Assembly (NCBI GenBank): GCA_003427395.1
Contig: BFEA01000017.1
Location: forward strand, 2,903,565 to 2,967,564
Direction: 5' to 3'
Source: Chara braunii
Lineage: Eukaryota > Plantae > Charophyceae
DNA: 64,000 nucleotides
Every line of letters begins with the position of its first letter. The first letter of the stretch is position 1. A program made the position numbers and the translations under genes. Below the pieces are notes generated by a model, which ran no database searches, was not told the origin of the DNA, and saw only the letters and a program-made list of their open reading frames with translations. Below, one piece after another: positions 25,060-37,136 of the stretch.

Positions 25060-25414
25060 TTCCTTTTGGCCTTCAACTTTAAACCTGTTGGCAGGGGCAA
25101 TTTTGTTGGAATTTTGTTCGAGAATGCAAGAGTGTTTAAATCTATCGGTACGGTGGTAGCAGGAAGTGCCCCATATTTTTAACCTGGGATGCACTGCGCA
25201 TGCCATCTGCCTGATGCTGCACGACATCAGCTACCTCCCCTATTAGTATATCCCCTTTTGCACCTTTACCCCTGGAACTTGCCACAGGCGATCTCAGTTC
25301 CGACCTGGGACTCCACCCGCACTTTCCTAAAATCCTTGGCACACTCCTTTTCTCACTTTTGGGCCCCCATCCCACTCCAATTAGGAAGTCACGCTGGGCG
25401 TGAGGTTGGTAACT

Positions 25415-25426
25415 TGGTATCGGAGC
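25415..25426 (+). promoter_or_regulatory. Primer-binding site (tRNA-iMet type)
   Basis: tggtatcggagc, one mismatch from TGGTATCAGAGC, immediately after the 5' LTR. Confidence 0.75.
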
Positions 25427-25569
25427 CGACACGTGGCCGACTCTAGGCTGGACAGGTGGGTGATTAGTGTAGAGGGACCTGGCTAACAGAGGACGCCCCC
25501 GAGCACGGAACGCGCCGCGACGCGATCCTATAGTCACAAGAAATAGGTCGGGTGCTCGGTAGGCGACCA

Positions 25570-26196
25570 ACATGAACGCCAATCAACAAGACCCCAATCA
25601 AGCTCAGCCAACACCTGCGCCACGAGCACGGGCACCTGTGGCCCCACCCGATCTCTACCTTTTTGACCTCGCACATCATCTCGCCGAAGCGTGGTTGGCC
25701 ACGCTCCGAGCATAGCAGTACGATAACGACGAACCACAAATTAACATCCCCACCCGATTGGGAGGAGATGCACATCACTGGTTTAACACCTATGTCTGGA
25801 TTGATCTCCTGACATTTGAACGGGACTTTCTGAATCGATTTGATTATATTCATCCCGAACAGGCTCTCTTCATGATTAAAGATCGGGTTCAAAAACCTCT
25901 CCAATCCGTCACGGAATACCGTAATAGGTTCTATTGAATGTTTGTAAAGACTGAGCGAGGAGAACAGGTAGGAAGAGACTTATTCAAGTTTATCGACGGA
26001 CTCCGCAGCAGGACGATGAGGGCAAAACTGTGTAAACAGTTCTCCCCCATCACTCATACGCTGCAACAGATCATGACCGCCGCGGAAGAAATGGAAGGAA
26101 AGTTCATCGCGAATTTTCTAGAAGGGGAAGACTACCGCAGAGAGGGGGATTTATCGGAGTTCAAGTTAGCTAGGGCCAAGGCTGAGTTGGTCACGC
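25570..26196 (+). pseudogene. gag: Retrotransposon gag remnant
   Basis: RLGGDAHHWFN...TFERDFLNRF...VQKPLQSVTEYRNRFY*...LFKFIDGLRS fits the Retrotrans_gag pattern. Confidence 0.8.
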
Positions 26197-26895
26197 TGTG
26201 GGAAAAACGGGAGGGCTTTTGATGGGCGGTGGGCGTAAGCGGGGTTCGGTTGGGCAAATTGCAACCCTCATTTCTTTTTTTCGCTCTTGTTGGAATTCGT
26301 TGGGTTAGCACCGAGAAAGTCCAGCGACGACGATTGGATGGTTGCGCCATGACGGGCGCAAGAAATAACTGTACCATAGCTTCTTTCTTGGTCAGAATCT
26401 GCTGTGAGCATTAGGAATTTTGGTGCGATTAGCGCGCGGGAATCTCTTTTTTTTTTTTAATTTCTAACTGACGTCGAGCCCCCGTGGGCTCTCGGAATTG
26501 TTTTTCTCTTCAGAATTTCCTTTTGCAATTAGGACTTAGACTAGGAATTTAGGTACTCTGAATTTTGTCTCGCAGCGTTCGCACGCATCTTGTGGCACAA
26601 GGAACTGGGTTCCGACTGGATCGCGCCTTTAATCTTGTGCAAGTGTCATTTTGGCGGGCGTGATCGTAACTGTAATCCTTCTTCTTTCTTGATTCTCCTA
26701 TGTTGCCAGCATTTTTCCTTCTTCTTTCTTGTCCCGCATACTCTGTTCGAATTGGCTGAAGCGCCTGCATGACCGGATCGATGCGTGAAGAGTGGCTACG
26801 ACCCCCACGCCGCGGTCTGGCCATGCAAACGTAGGCACTTCCCCTCTTCTCTTCTTGTCCATCTGGGCTTAATCCCGTACCTTTCGTGCAGACAT

Positions 26896-27418
26896 GGAAC
26901 ATAAAAATTCCCACCAGAAATGAAAGTTGAAAAAACATTCTAAAAAAAAAACTCTTTCATATTTATAAATTATCATTCCAAAGTTTGTCCAATTCTAAAA
27001 TTTCAAGTTTTATTTGATAAGTTTCCGTCTAAATATGAGTTTTCCCTTCCAACTACATCTACTCGTTCAAGATGCAATGGAAGTCTGGACGAGTTTATGA
27101 AATGTTTTAATTAAACTTTCATTCTAGTACGACAAATATCTTCTAATTTAAATTGGATTAACCTATTTATGATTGAAAATCCTTACTTAGAATGACAGTC
27201 CAATTAAAATATTTCATGAATTCATCCAGACTTTCATTCCATCTCTAGCATGCAGTTCAACTAAGAAGGGATACCCCATTCTTGGAAGGAAAGTTCTCAA
27301 GTAAGACGAAAAATTTAAAAACTGAAATCATATTTTTTAAGATGGAATAAAAATTTAAAATTTAGAATGTAATTTTACTATAGAATGAATATTTAATTTT
27401 AGAATTTTTTTTCTGTTG
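26896..27418. mobile_element. AT-rich MITE/foldback insertion present only in the 3' LTR
   Basis: Absent from the 5' LTR at ~23633. Internal inverted arms (aagtctggacgagtttatgaaatgttttaatt vs aattaaaatatttcatgaattcatccagactt). Confidence 0.75.
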
Positions 27419-28295
27419 TGCATGCTATAAATTTCGCAAGCGCGATTAGATTGCTCTCTAAGAATTTCAAGGTTAGTGGGACCAGTGAGGGTCGGCTAAC
27501 GAGCAAGTTGGAAGGTGAGTGAGTGTGAGAGTTGGGCGATCCGACGAGCTGGTATCGGGTATGCGGGGTTGACGTGCGAGGCCGCGATGGACCGTGGCGC
27601 ACGGGCGAACTTGGCTTGCATGCTTGAACCAAGCAGGGTGACAACTCTATGTGGATACTCGGTGACGGACTGCCGGTATCGTGGGTATTGATGCGAGGCG
27701 ACAGACTGCCCGCAATGGGAGAGAGAGAAAGAGATAGGGCAATGGTGTGGGTGCAGGATAGGGCTTCTTTTTGTCGTTCTTTTCATTTTTCCTCTATCCA
27801 TCTGTATATTTTTGAGTTATGATATGGCCGATGTCTTTATCGCGGCCCTTTTCTTTTGAACTTTTCTCGTATATTGTCTCGGATTTTCCTTGTTGTTTTG
27901 CTTGGTACGTATGCATGGAATAAATGTAGGTTCCCGTTTGTTAAGCGATCTTTCCGATCTGTTTTACGAGGCGTGTTGTCTCTGACCAGTGTCACCTGCA
28001 TGAGCTATGTGATCAGGCCTGATGGAAAATTATCATTTTGACGTCCGAAGTCTAGCTGTCGATTATCCCCTCTTCCCTCCTTTTTGCATCCCATGTATGG
28101 CATGTAGTGATTGGTAGGATATTTACACTTATGATTGAATACGATCGGCACACAGAGCCAACCGGCTGCTCCTTACGTACACGCGTACGTACGTTCGTGA
28201 TCTTGAGAAAACCGAGTCGCCACGTACGCACTCACCCGCGTAAGTCAGCCTTAACCACATGTAAGGATGTGGGGGATGTGACTTACTGAACAGGC

Positions 28296-28838
28296 ATGGC
28301 TGCATGGTCTCCTTCCTGGGCGTCCGACTACGAAAATATGAGGGACCCAGAATACCGTGAGTATTAGGACGGCGAACAACTCAGACGACGGGGAATTTTA
28401 AGAAATCCTAAATTCCCTTGCTTAACAGAAAACGATCGATTATGTGCGAGGGATTTTCATTGTGCTATAACGAGCGACCCCCGGTGCCCCGACTACCCGG
28501 AAACCTATAACACGCAATATTTCATATCCCCCGACTTCGTTGTCATTACTACTAGCTTCCCTCCCTTCCATCTCCTCCTCCCATATCACCAACTCACAGT
28601 GGTACCGTGGAATTCCATAGCTTGCTACTGGCCTAGCCCGCCGCACGAGGGTTGTCGGTATCACCGGGCGCGCCAAGCTTCGGGAACTACTCGACAGGCT
28701 CGAGCCGAAGCTGAGCAGCGATTGCACAGCCTCCGCGCACGGGTCGCCTCGGCGGAACCCGAGGCCTGTTACGAGCGGCGCCAACAACTGGCCGAACCCT
28801 GCGACCGACCCCGAAGAAGAAATCAGCGGCGATGGTGA
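28296..28838 (+). pseudogene. 3' LTR copy of the 180-codon ORF (one internal TAG near 28366)
   Basis: MAAWSPSWASDYENMRDPEYREY*...RRRNQRRW, 543 nt, no frameshift. Confidence 0.55.
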
Positions 28839-29811
28839 TTCCTTTTGGCCTTCAACATTGAACCTGTTGGCAGGGGTAATTTTGTTGGAATTTTGTTCAA
28901 GAATGCAAGAGTGTTTAAATCTATCGGTACGGTGGTAGCAGCAAGTGCCCCGAATTTTTAACCAGGGATGCACTGCGCATGCCATCTGCCTTATGCTGCA
29001 CGACATCAGCTACCTTCCCTCCGAGTATATCCCCTTTTGCACCTGTACCTCTGGAACTTGCCACAGGAGATCTCAGTTCCGACTTGGGATTCCACCCCCA
29101 CTTTCCTAAACTCCTTGGCACACCCCTTTTCGCACTTTCGGACCCCATCCCACTCCGATCAGGAAGTCACGTTGGGTGTGAGGTTAGGGCATCACATACC
29201 GCACGCAGTACTCGCCTCGATGACTGCCGCGATGGCGTTTCCTCCCCCGATGACTAGCGTGACGACAATTTCTCCCATGATGACGGTCGATGGAATCTTC
29301 CCCCCCACCCCCGAGCGACTGCAGCGATGGCATCTTCTCCACAGACGTCTTCCTTGCCTGGCCGCACTCAGCACCCATGCCAACCCCCCCCCGACGCGCT
29401 ATGGAAGAAGTCTCCTCTCCGACGTCGTCCACCAGCTGCCACAGCAGCACGACGAACCGCCCTTACCCCAGCGACGCCATGCAAAATTTGAATTTCGAAC
29501 AGGGACGGGGTGTCTAGTTTTTTTTTTTTTTTTGGGTCGCCGCGAAAATTCGGATTGTTGCCGCCAATCGAAGCTGGACCACAACCGTACCAGTGGACAA
29601 CTGCCCATGGACCACCGACCCCACGCCCACCCCGCGGTCGTCGATAAGATTATTAATTGGAGAACGACTGGCCTCGAGACCTCTATAGGAATCCTCCTCG
29701 GACGTCCATCCTGAGGATAAGTGGAACGATGGCAGGAAAAATCTCGGAAGCCCTGACGGAAAACTCCTCGGGCCCCAAGGACACCCCGAGGAGTGTCTAA
29801 CGAGCCCTTAA

Positions 29812-30405
29812 GTGCGATGGAAGGGTATCTTCCCAGGGAGCAGCCAGTACGTTTTGACTATTGTCCGAGTGCATCACGTCTGCAATTTCTTCGACCAGGA
29901 CTTGAGGCCAATGATGGTTTTCGTGGGTAAATTCATGGGCAGCGTCTTTTGTTCCAGGGATTTTAAGACTGTGCTCTGTTGGGCTTGGATACGACGATGC
30001 CCTTACCTTATCTATTATCTGTTTGATAGCTCTGATGATCACTTTGCCCACTGCATTCCAGTCTATTTCTCCCAGGGATGCATGACTGACCTGTTCGGTT
30101 CTCAGAATGCACCTCTTGATTTTCTCCCAGTGGAGGGGAGGGATTCGGTCATGGAGTGGGACTGACTCTGGGGAAAGAACTTTTAGCAAAATCCAGTCCA
30201 CCATTTTCTTTAGCTGCTTTTGCACCTTTCTGTTCGTCCATGTAGACTGTTGTCTTGCTGTTTGTTTTTTCTTCCCCTTCAGGTCCGCCTGGCTCCCCTG
30301 GAGGATTGGGCCCGGTGTCATTTTTGAGGCCTGTTGATGGAGCACCAACCTTGGAGATGAAGATGCCAGTCCGTCATAGCCGGTTCCTGGTAAAAAAATA
30401 TTCAT
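29812..30405 (-). other. ~200-codon open frame of unknown identity, truncated by the PIF element
   Basis: Protein-like composition, no recognised domain. Confidence 0.25.
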
Positions 30406-30786
30406 TTATTTATTTTGCACGAAATTGAATATCCAATGTTTGCCGTTTTTTTGTGTATTTTTTGAACCCATACTACTTCACACCTTGATGGCTGAGTGTC
30501 TGTCGGGAGTTAGAAAGGGGGGTCCCCACTCTACAAGTAGAGCGGTGCTCTATCTCCGCTCAACCCCAGTCTTACCCCCAGTTCAACAGGGTACAGCGCC
30601 CCCCGCCAAACAGCACTGTGGCCAGGTGGGTGGGGAGGAACTGCGTTCCTGTGGTGGGGGGGGGTGGCCCTGGCAGTCAGGGACCCCCCTGCACTGCCAT
30701 TTTTTTTTCAAGAAAAAAAAAAAAAAAAAAAAAACCGGTGAGGGGTGTAGAGGGTGCTGGCTGGAAAGCAGTGTACAGGGTGCACA

Positions 30787-31008
30787 AGTGTGGCAGTGTA
30801 TATTTCCATGTTCTAGCGGAAGATTCATTCCGATTTTGTTCATCCTATGGATGGAAGTAGCCTCTCTCTATTTCTATGCGCATAGCAAGAAAGCAGTGCA
30901 TATTTCCATATTCAAGTGGAAGATTCATTCCGATTTTGCTTATCCTATCGATGTAAGTAGCCTCTCTCTATCTCTCAGCGTGCATGGCTGGAAAACTCTC
31001 TCTCTGTT

Positions 31009-31078
<70 letters not shown>

Positions 31079-31215
31079 GTGTATATTTTCAATGTTCTAG
31101 GGGAAAATTCATTCAATTTTGCTCATCCTATCGATGAAAGTGGCGTGAGGCCAGCTGCGGGGTTGGACACTTACCTGTTGGCCAGTGTGTTGCTCATCCT
31201 ATTGATGGAATGCAT

Positions 31216-31250
<35 letters not shown>

Positions 31251-31290
31251 ATATATATATAGATATAGATATAGATATAGATATAGATAT

Positions 31291-31333
<43 letters not shown>

Positions 31334-31640
31334 CAGCCATGCACACAAAGAGATAGAGCGAGGCTACTTCCATCGATAGGATGAGCAAAATCGGAATGAA
31401 TTTTCCACTAGAATATGAAATTATGCCTGCTTTCCAGCCATGCGCAGAGAGATAGAGAGAGGTTATTTCCATCCATGGGATGAGCAAAATCGGAATGAAT
31501 CTTCCACTAGAATATGGAAATATACACTGTTTTCCAGCCATGCGCAGAGAGATAGAGAGAGGCTATTCCGATCGATAGGATGAGCAAAATCGGAATTATA
31601 AATCTTCAACTTGAACATGGAAATATACACTGCCACACTC
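30787..31640. mobile_element. Foldback-type element built from ~99-bp units in inverted arms
   Basis: Ends agtgtggcagtgtatatttccatg / catggaaatatacactgccacact. Unit ...aagattcattccgattttgctcatcctatcgatg... occurs ~3x forward and 3x reverse around microsatellites. Confidence 0.8.
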
Positions 31641-33633
31641 GTTTTTGTGGGGTGTAGAGGGTGGAGGGGAGGGGTTGTTGAGGGTTGTGGGGGAGGGACG
31701 TTCAGGGGTGTAGGGGCGTAGAGGGTTGTCTTTTTTTTTTTTTGTCGTTCTCGGAATGGGGGCCCTTAGTCCTCGTTATCCGCAGCCCCCCATCTCTCGC
31801 GCGTTTCTCAAAAGCAGGTCAGACAAAGGGGAAATGGGCTTGAACCCTACTATCCAAAATTCCCTCCTCAATAGACGAAAAGTTTGTCCAGGCTTTCAGT
31901 CCTCGTACCAGAACACACTTAATCTTATACCCCCTTCAGACACTGAGAGGGGGGGCGGGCGCAGCGCTGACTGGAGCGCTGCGCCCGGTTCCGCGTCGGC
32001 GCTTTCACACGCGCGTTCACACAACGCTTCGAGCTCGTGAGGGGTGGGTACGGCGGACGCAGTGGGGATGTTGGAGAGTGATAACGAAGGCCGACGTGCG
32101 TGCGCTGGTGACTGCAGAAATACCTGAAGCGTGCACTATGCTGATTTGCTGGTGATGAATGAAGACGACGGTGCAACGCTTTCGGGGGATGTTGGAGCTC
32201 AGGTAATGGAGTGAGAACGTGAGTCTCTCTCTCCTCTTTTTCAACGTAGTTACCCCTCCTATGGTTCGCACCTCCTATGGAAGACTCGTCGACGGGCTCG
32301 ACGAGGTACGACCATACCATCCATCGGATTTTGTGTCGAGGATGGTCGTTGATGTCTTCAAGCTGGCGCAGTGTTTGTAGAAGGCTAAAGTGTCGGGCAG
32401 CTAGCGGAAGGGGGGACAGTTTCTCCCTCGAAGGCAGTGGGGTTGGGTCTGGGCGAGGGAAGGAGGGTTGAAGAAGAGGTTGAGGGGGTTTTCTTTGGAC
32501 ATGTTTTGCTCTCGTGTTTCGCTCCATCCAAATCACACAAACATCTGAATCGTACTACTGAGGTGGAGGATATCTTTATGATCGTGGTTTTTCTCAAACT
32601 TATGGGCAAGGGAGTTTTTGACATGGGATGGTTGTTCCTCGTCACGGTGATATGGAGGAACACCCAGAGATAGGGGAATGATGAGGTTGAGGAGGGCAGC
32701 GGAAGGAGATAGGCGATGGAAGGTAGGAGGACAGACAGTATGCAGTGGTTCATCGCTCAAGATGGACTACGTACACATACGGTTTTTTCATCGTTGAGGA
32801 GATATCTTACTCTTGGAGAGAGGACAACTCTCTTATGCGTCTTTTTCCTCTTACATTTTTCTCCTCATCTTCCCCAACCCATGTTTGAGATGTCTATCGG
32901 TAGATTGATTCTATTGGTTCTTCGATTGATGTTCTTTGATCCTGAGTTAATCCGAAGTTAATCCTGAGTTCTTGTAATTCAAGATTTCAGATAATCGTGA
33001 GTCTATCTCTGTACAATTTTTTATTTACTACAATTGTTTACTACGATCCAAACTACGATCTAATTTTCTCTCTTGACTTTTGATATTCGTAAGTCTGAAT
33101 TTCTCTACATGTTTTCTTACATAATTTCTTAAAATTCATCTCAAATCTCATCCGGAAAATTTCAACTTTATGAAAGATGTTCTAGATAATCTCTTAACCC
33201 TTTTCTAAATTCTGATTTCCAAAAAACCATCTTAAGATCTTGCTGCTGAAATTTCGATTTTTAAAATTGGCTTCCTATTGTAATTTTTGGAGGCTAATTT
33301 TGCACTGGTTAGTTTCAACAGAATTGACATTAGAAATTTGCACGTAGTTTTTTCTGGGATGTTTTTGCTCTCTCTCTCTCTCTCTCTCTGCCTCGACCTG
33401 ATTCTTTTCTAGTTGCCAACTAACATTCTTGCTGCAAGTTCAGGCACAAAAAGGAGTATTGTCGCCAGCATGTGGTGGTGGAGGAGGGTGAAGGAATTTT
33501 TCCTTCGATTCTTCATGACAATAGTCTTGCTCTGTGATAGGTATGTGATCATTGTGATAGGTTCATGGATATAGGTAGGTATAGATCTACAGGCAGGAAC
33601 TTGTTTTTTGTGTGTGTGTGTGTGTGTGTGTGC

Positions 33634-33691
<58 letters not shown>

Positions 33692-34289
33692 CATTTTTTT
33701 TTTATCACCTTCAAGGCGACGATCGAGTTTTTTTTTTTTTTTTTTTTGTAATTAAAGGCTCATGGCGAGTTGTTATCGGTGAACTTTGAGGTGACCGGTA
33801 CAGGAGAACTCATCTCATTCCATTAGAATCCGAACTCACTTGTGCGTTCCAACATTTGATAGGTATACCACCTGAGCTAGTGCAGTTGGCCTTTCTTTTT
33901 TTATGTGAGCTTGGAGCTGATCTTAGGTCTTTTTTTTTTTTTTTTAATATTAGCTCAGTCTTTTTATGATCTTGAAGGCAGCAGCAGGGCAGGAGTTGTT
34001 TCATTTTTTTTCTGTCTTTTTTGTGAGGGAGCCGTGTGGAAGGCCTCTTGTCGATCGTGAACAAGTACCATTTGTTCCGAGAACATCATAGACAACTGTT
34101 GCATAAACTGTGTGGGCCGCCTCCTCCTCTTCTTTCCAGTTTCCCTCTTCCTTTCCTCCTACCTGGTCACCTCCATCGCCCTCCTCCTAGTGGATATGGA
34201 GAAAATGTGCGAGGGTGGAGGTGGATCTCCAAGTCCGAAGACAGATATGACAAAACTGAAAGTCTCAATGTAGCTTGCACTGAAAAAAG

Positions 34290-36286
34290 TTGGTCCTGAC
34301 CCACAATACATCCTCAAAGAAGAAAAATTGAGTACAACACCATGTTGGGCGTGATTTGCTCATGTTGTTTGCCAGATGGAACTCCTGTGAGGGAATATGG
34401 AACCGGTTACGCCGCATACAAACAATGTTTCACGGTCTATGCATTTGCAATTTCTAATGGAACCGGCACGTTGAATCAGCACAAGTGTAGAGCTGAGGTA
34501 GGTGGAGCAGGGACAATGCGATTTTTTGCAACGACGGCAGAACCGACAACTGCACAAAAAAAAAATGTCACGAAGGTGGCGGCTCTGATGTGTTATCAGG
34601 ATTTGCGTTCATTCTCCATGATCCAGGTTTTCTGAAAATGGGTCAATTTTTTATTGATATTGGTGTCGAAACGCAAAAGGGTATGAAAGTCAGAAGATTA
34701 GCTCCTTCTGCAAACACGGTCAAGCGCCGGGTTATTTCAATTGCGAATGTTCTTCGACAAACAGTGAAAGAAAAAGTATCTCAACACTTTACTGATAACA
34801 TGTACGATTGGCTTCACGGTGGATTTGTGGACAAATGCTGTTAAGAAAAACTCATTCATGCCAGTCACCATCCATTATATAGACAGAGAGTTTAAGCTAC
34901 ACACTAGGACTCTTCAGGTGAAGGTTTTTCCTGAAGAGTCACACACTGCACAAGTTGTTTTGAAGGTGTTCCAAGAGTGTCTTGAGGAACATGGTTGTTT
35001 TGATGCGAGTCTGTGCATGGTGTGTTCATACAGTGGGTCAAATGTCGCAGGTGTCGAGGGCATTAGGAGTGCATACAAGTGGCATGCTTGTGCTGATCAC
35101 AAGATAGCCACTATATTGACAACTGTTCTGGACAAAACCACCGCTGTTCAGAACAGTGTCAGATCTGCTCCGTTCTACAGATTCGAAGATCAGGCACCTG
35201 AATTTTTTACCCTGATTGAGAACTGCAAGGAATTGGTTCGTTATTTCAAGCAGGCAAACTTGCAAAATATTTTGAAGACGTCGTTGAAACAGGAAAACGC
35301 GACAAGATGGAACTCACTGTTGAGGTTGTTGAACAGTGTGGACAGTAATTATGTCGATGTGAACAATATTTTGATTCAGCGTAATCGTCTTAGCATAATG
35401 GTCAATGTGGACCGCGATTTGTTGATTGAGTTTTCTCGATTCTTACATCGTTTTCATGAAGTCTTTCTGAAGCTTGAGAAGTACCTTGAACCAACTATGC
35501 ACCTTGTCATTTTTGAACGACATTCTTTGTTTCACCACTGTCACATTCGAACCGAATCTGTGAAAACAGTCGATGAGAGTGAAAAGGAGGTTGTAATTCC
35601 ACCGGATTCCAACAACCTCAAGGTGATGAAGAATTTAGTTAAGGAAGTTATGATGGAGAAATGACCGATAGAGGACCTGCATGTTGTTGCTGCTCTTCTT
35701 GATCCTTGACAAAAGGATCGTCTCGAGAATTTTGATGTTGTTTGTTTTGATGTCAAGCGAGGGAAAAACCAATTGAAGAAAATCATGTTGAGCCTCGCAA
35801 GTAGTGACACTCAGAGTGAGCGTTCAAAAATTCAGCATGACCGTGAAGTTCATCGTGTCCAAACGGCGCAGGATCGATTTCGGTGCCCCTTCTCTGGACA
35901 CCTCAGACGATGATGAAGATGATACAAGTGAACTTGCAGATGTGGCACCTTTGACTGCAACAGAACGAGTACAACAAGAGATTGATGCTTACTTTGATCT
36001 CAAATTGGCGAAGGAAGAGAGACGTAACTTTGACCTGCTGCAATGGTGGAAGGCAAGGGGGATGATGAAATCGACTGCATCTACTTCTCATCAGTTGGTG
36101 TTGAAGTCATCTTTGCTAATCATGGCTCGGGCAGCCCGTGCAGTTTTGTGTGTGCCAGCATCCAGTTCCAAAAGTGAATGTAATTTTTCAGATGCTGGAA
36201 ATACAATCACCAAGAAGCGCTCCATGTTGAATCCTTCTGTGGTGAATGACGTGTTATTTGTGCAGTCCAATATGAACCTAGTTTAA
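34290..36286 (+). pseudogene. Degenerate hAT transposase (Hermes/hobo/Ac type)
   Basis: BED-finger remnant (..KQCFTV..GTGTLNQHKC) and a Hermes-like DNA-binding segment (MCYQDLRSFS...GFLKMGQFFIDIG). Also DLWT, SGSNV, CADH, TRWNS, ALLDP, LQWWK and PASSSKSECNFSDAG (dimerisation domain). Frameshifts and stops present. Confidence 0.92.
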
Positions 36287-36839
36287 GGAAGTAGATAGTA
36301 GATATCGGAAAGTAATGAGATTATGAAACAGGTTTTGAATAAATAGCTAGAAATTACTAGAAAATAACGTCAATAAAAAAAAACTTAAGTTTTCAAAGAA
36401 TATGAGAGCAGGTCAATCCTTCTCCTTCTGGGGGAAGCAATCAATGCCTCTCTCTTGGGGTTATGCAGTCTTTTTTGGTGGAGCATGTGAGAGGAGGTCA
36501 ATCCTTCTCCTTTTGGGGGAAGCAATCAATGTCTCTCTCTCGAGGTTATGCAGATTTTTTAGTTACGAAATTAGAATGTTGTAAGTTGTAATGCAAGCCT
36601 TGGGCACTTGGCCTTTTTGAAAGGGGGAAAAGAGTTCGCCGACCCATCTTTGGAACCCATTCAAATGTTTGATATGCTTGTCGTTTTCTCAATGTAACTT
36701 CAAACTTTTGAATGTCTTATCGAATCATTCCAAACAAAGTTGTCACAAGTGCGATGGTTCGAAGATGGAAACTGAATTTCTAACATGCATAAACCTAAGT
36801 TTGAAATCGGAAAAGAAAAGAAGTGCATGGTGGGTCGTA

Positions 36840-37136
36840 AACTTTGGGCATGGGTACGGCCAGGCATGGGTGGATGAAAATTGGTCGTGGGTGCGGACAG
36901 ATGTGGGTGGAGAAAATTTAGGCCTGCGTGTGGCTGGGTAGGGGTAAGGATTCTACTACAGATCCTGGGTGAACTAGGCACGGGTATAAAAAAAATTAAT
37001 TAGCTCGGGTGGGGTGGGTATGGGTAAAAAAAAAACAAAATTACGCGGGTGGCACTGGGTGCGGGTACACATGATATATCAAGGCTTGGATTGGGTCGGA
37101 TATGGGTGAGAGGAAAAATTCGTTTGGCGACCTCTG
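36840..37136 (+). mobile_element. hAT 3' end with TIR and 8-bp TSD
   Basis: ...tttggcgacctctg then atataggc (37137-44); gggt-rich subterminal repeats. Confidence 0.8.

Larger units (their letters stand above)
22891..29196 (+). mobile_element. Internally deleted Ty3/gypsy-type LTR retrotransposon with ~2.5-kb LTRs
   Basis: TGTGA...TCACA ends. Direct repeat 22939-25410 vs 26197-29190, with a PBS at 25415 and a gag remnant between the LTRs. No pol; TSD not clean. Confidence 0.85.
22144..29808 (+). mobile_element. PIF/Harbinger-type element, copy 2, interrupted by an LTR element
   Basis: Same TIRs and TAA flanks (22141-43, 29809-11). Collinear with copy 1 over 22144-22890 and 29197-29808. Confidence 0.85.

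Noticed and set aside
31925-32960. 203-aa minus ORF and neighbouring ORFs
   Set aside because: Low-complexity Pro-rich translation with no recognisable motif.
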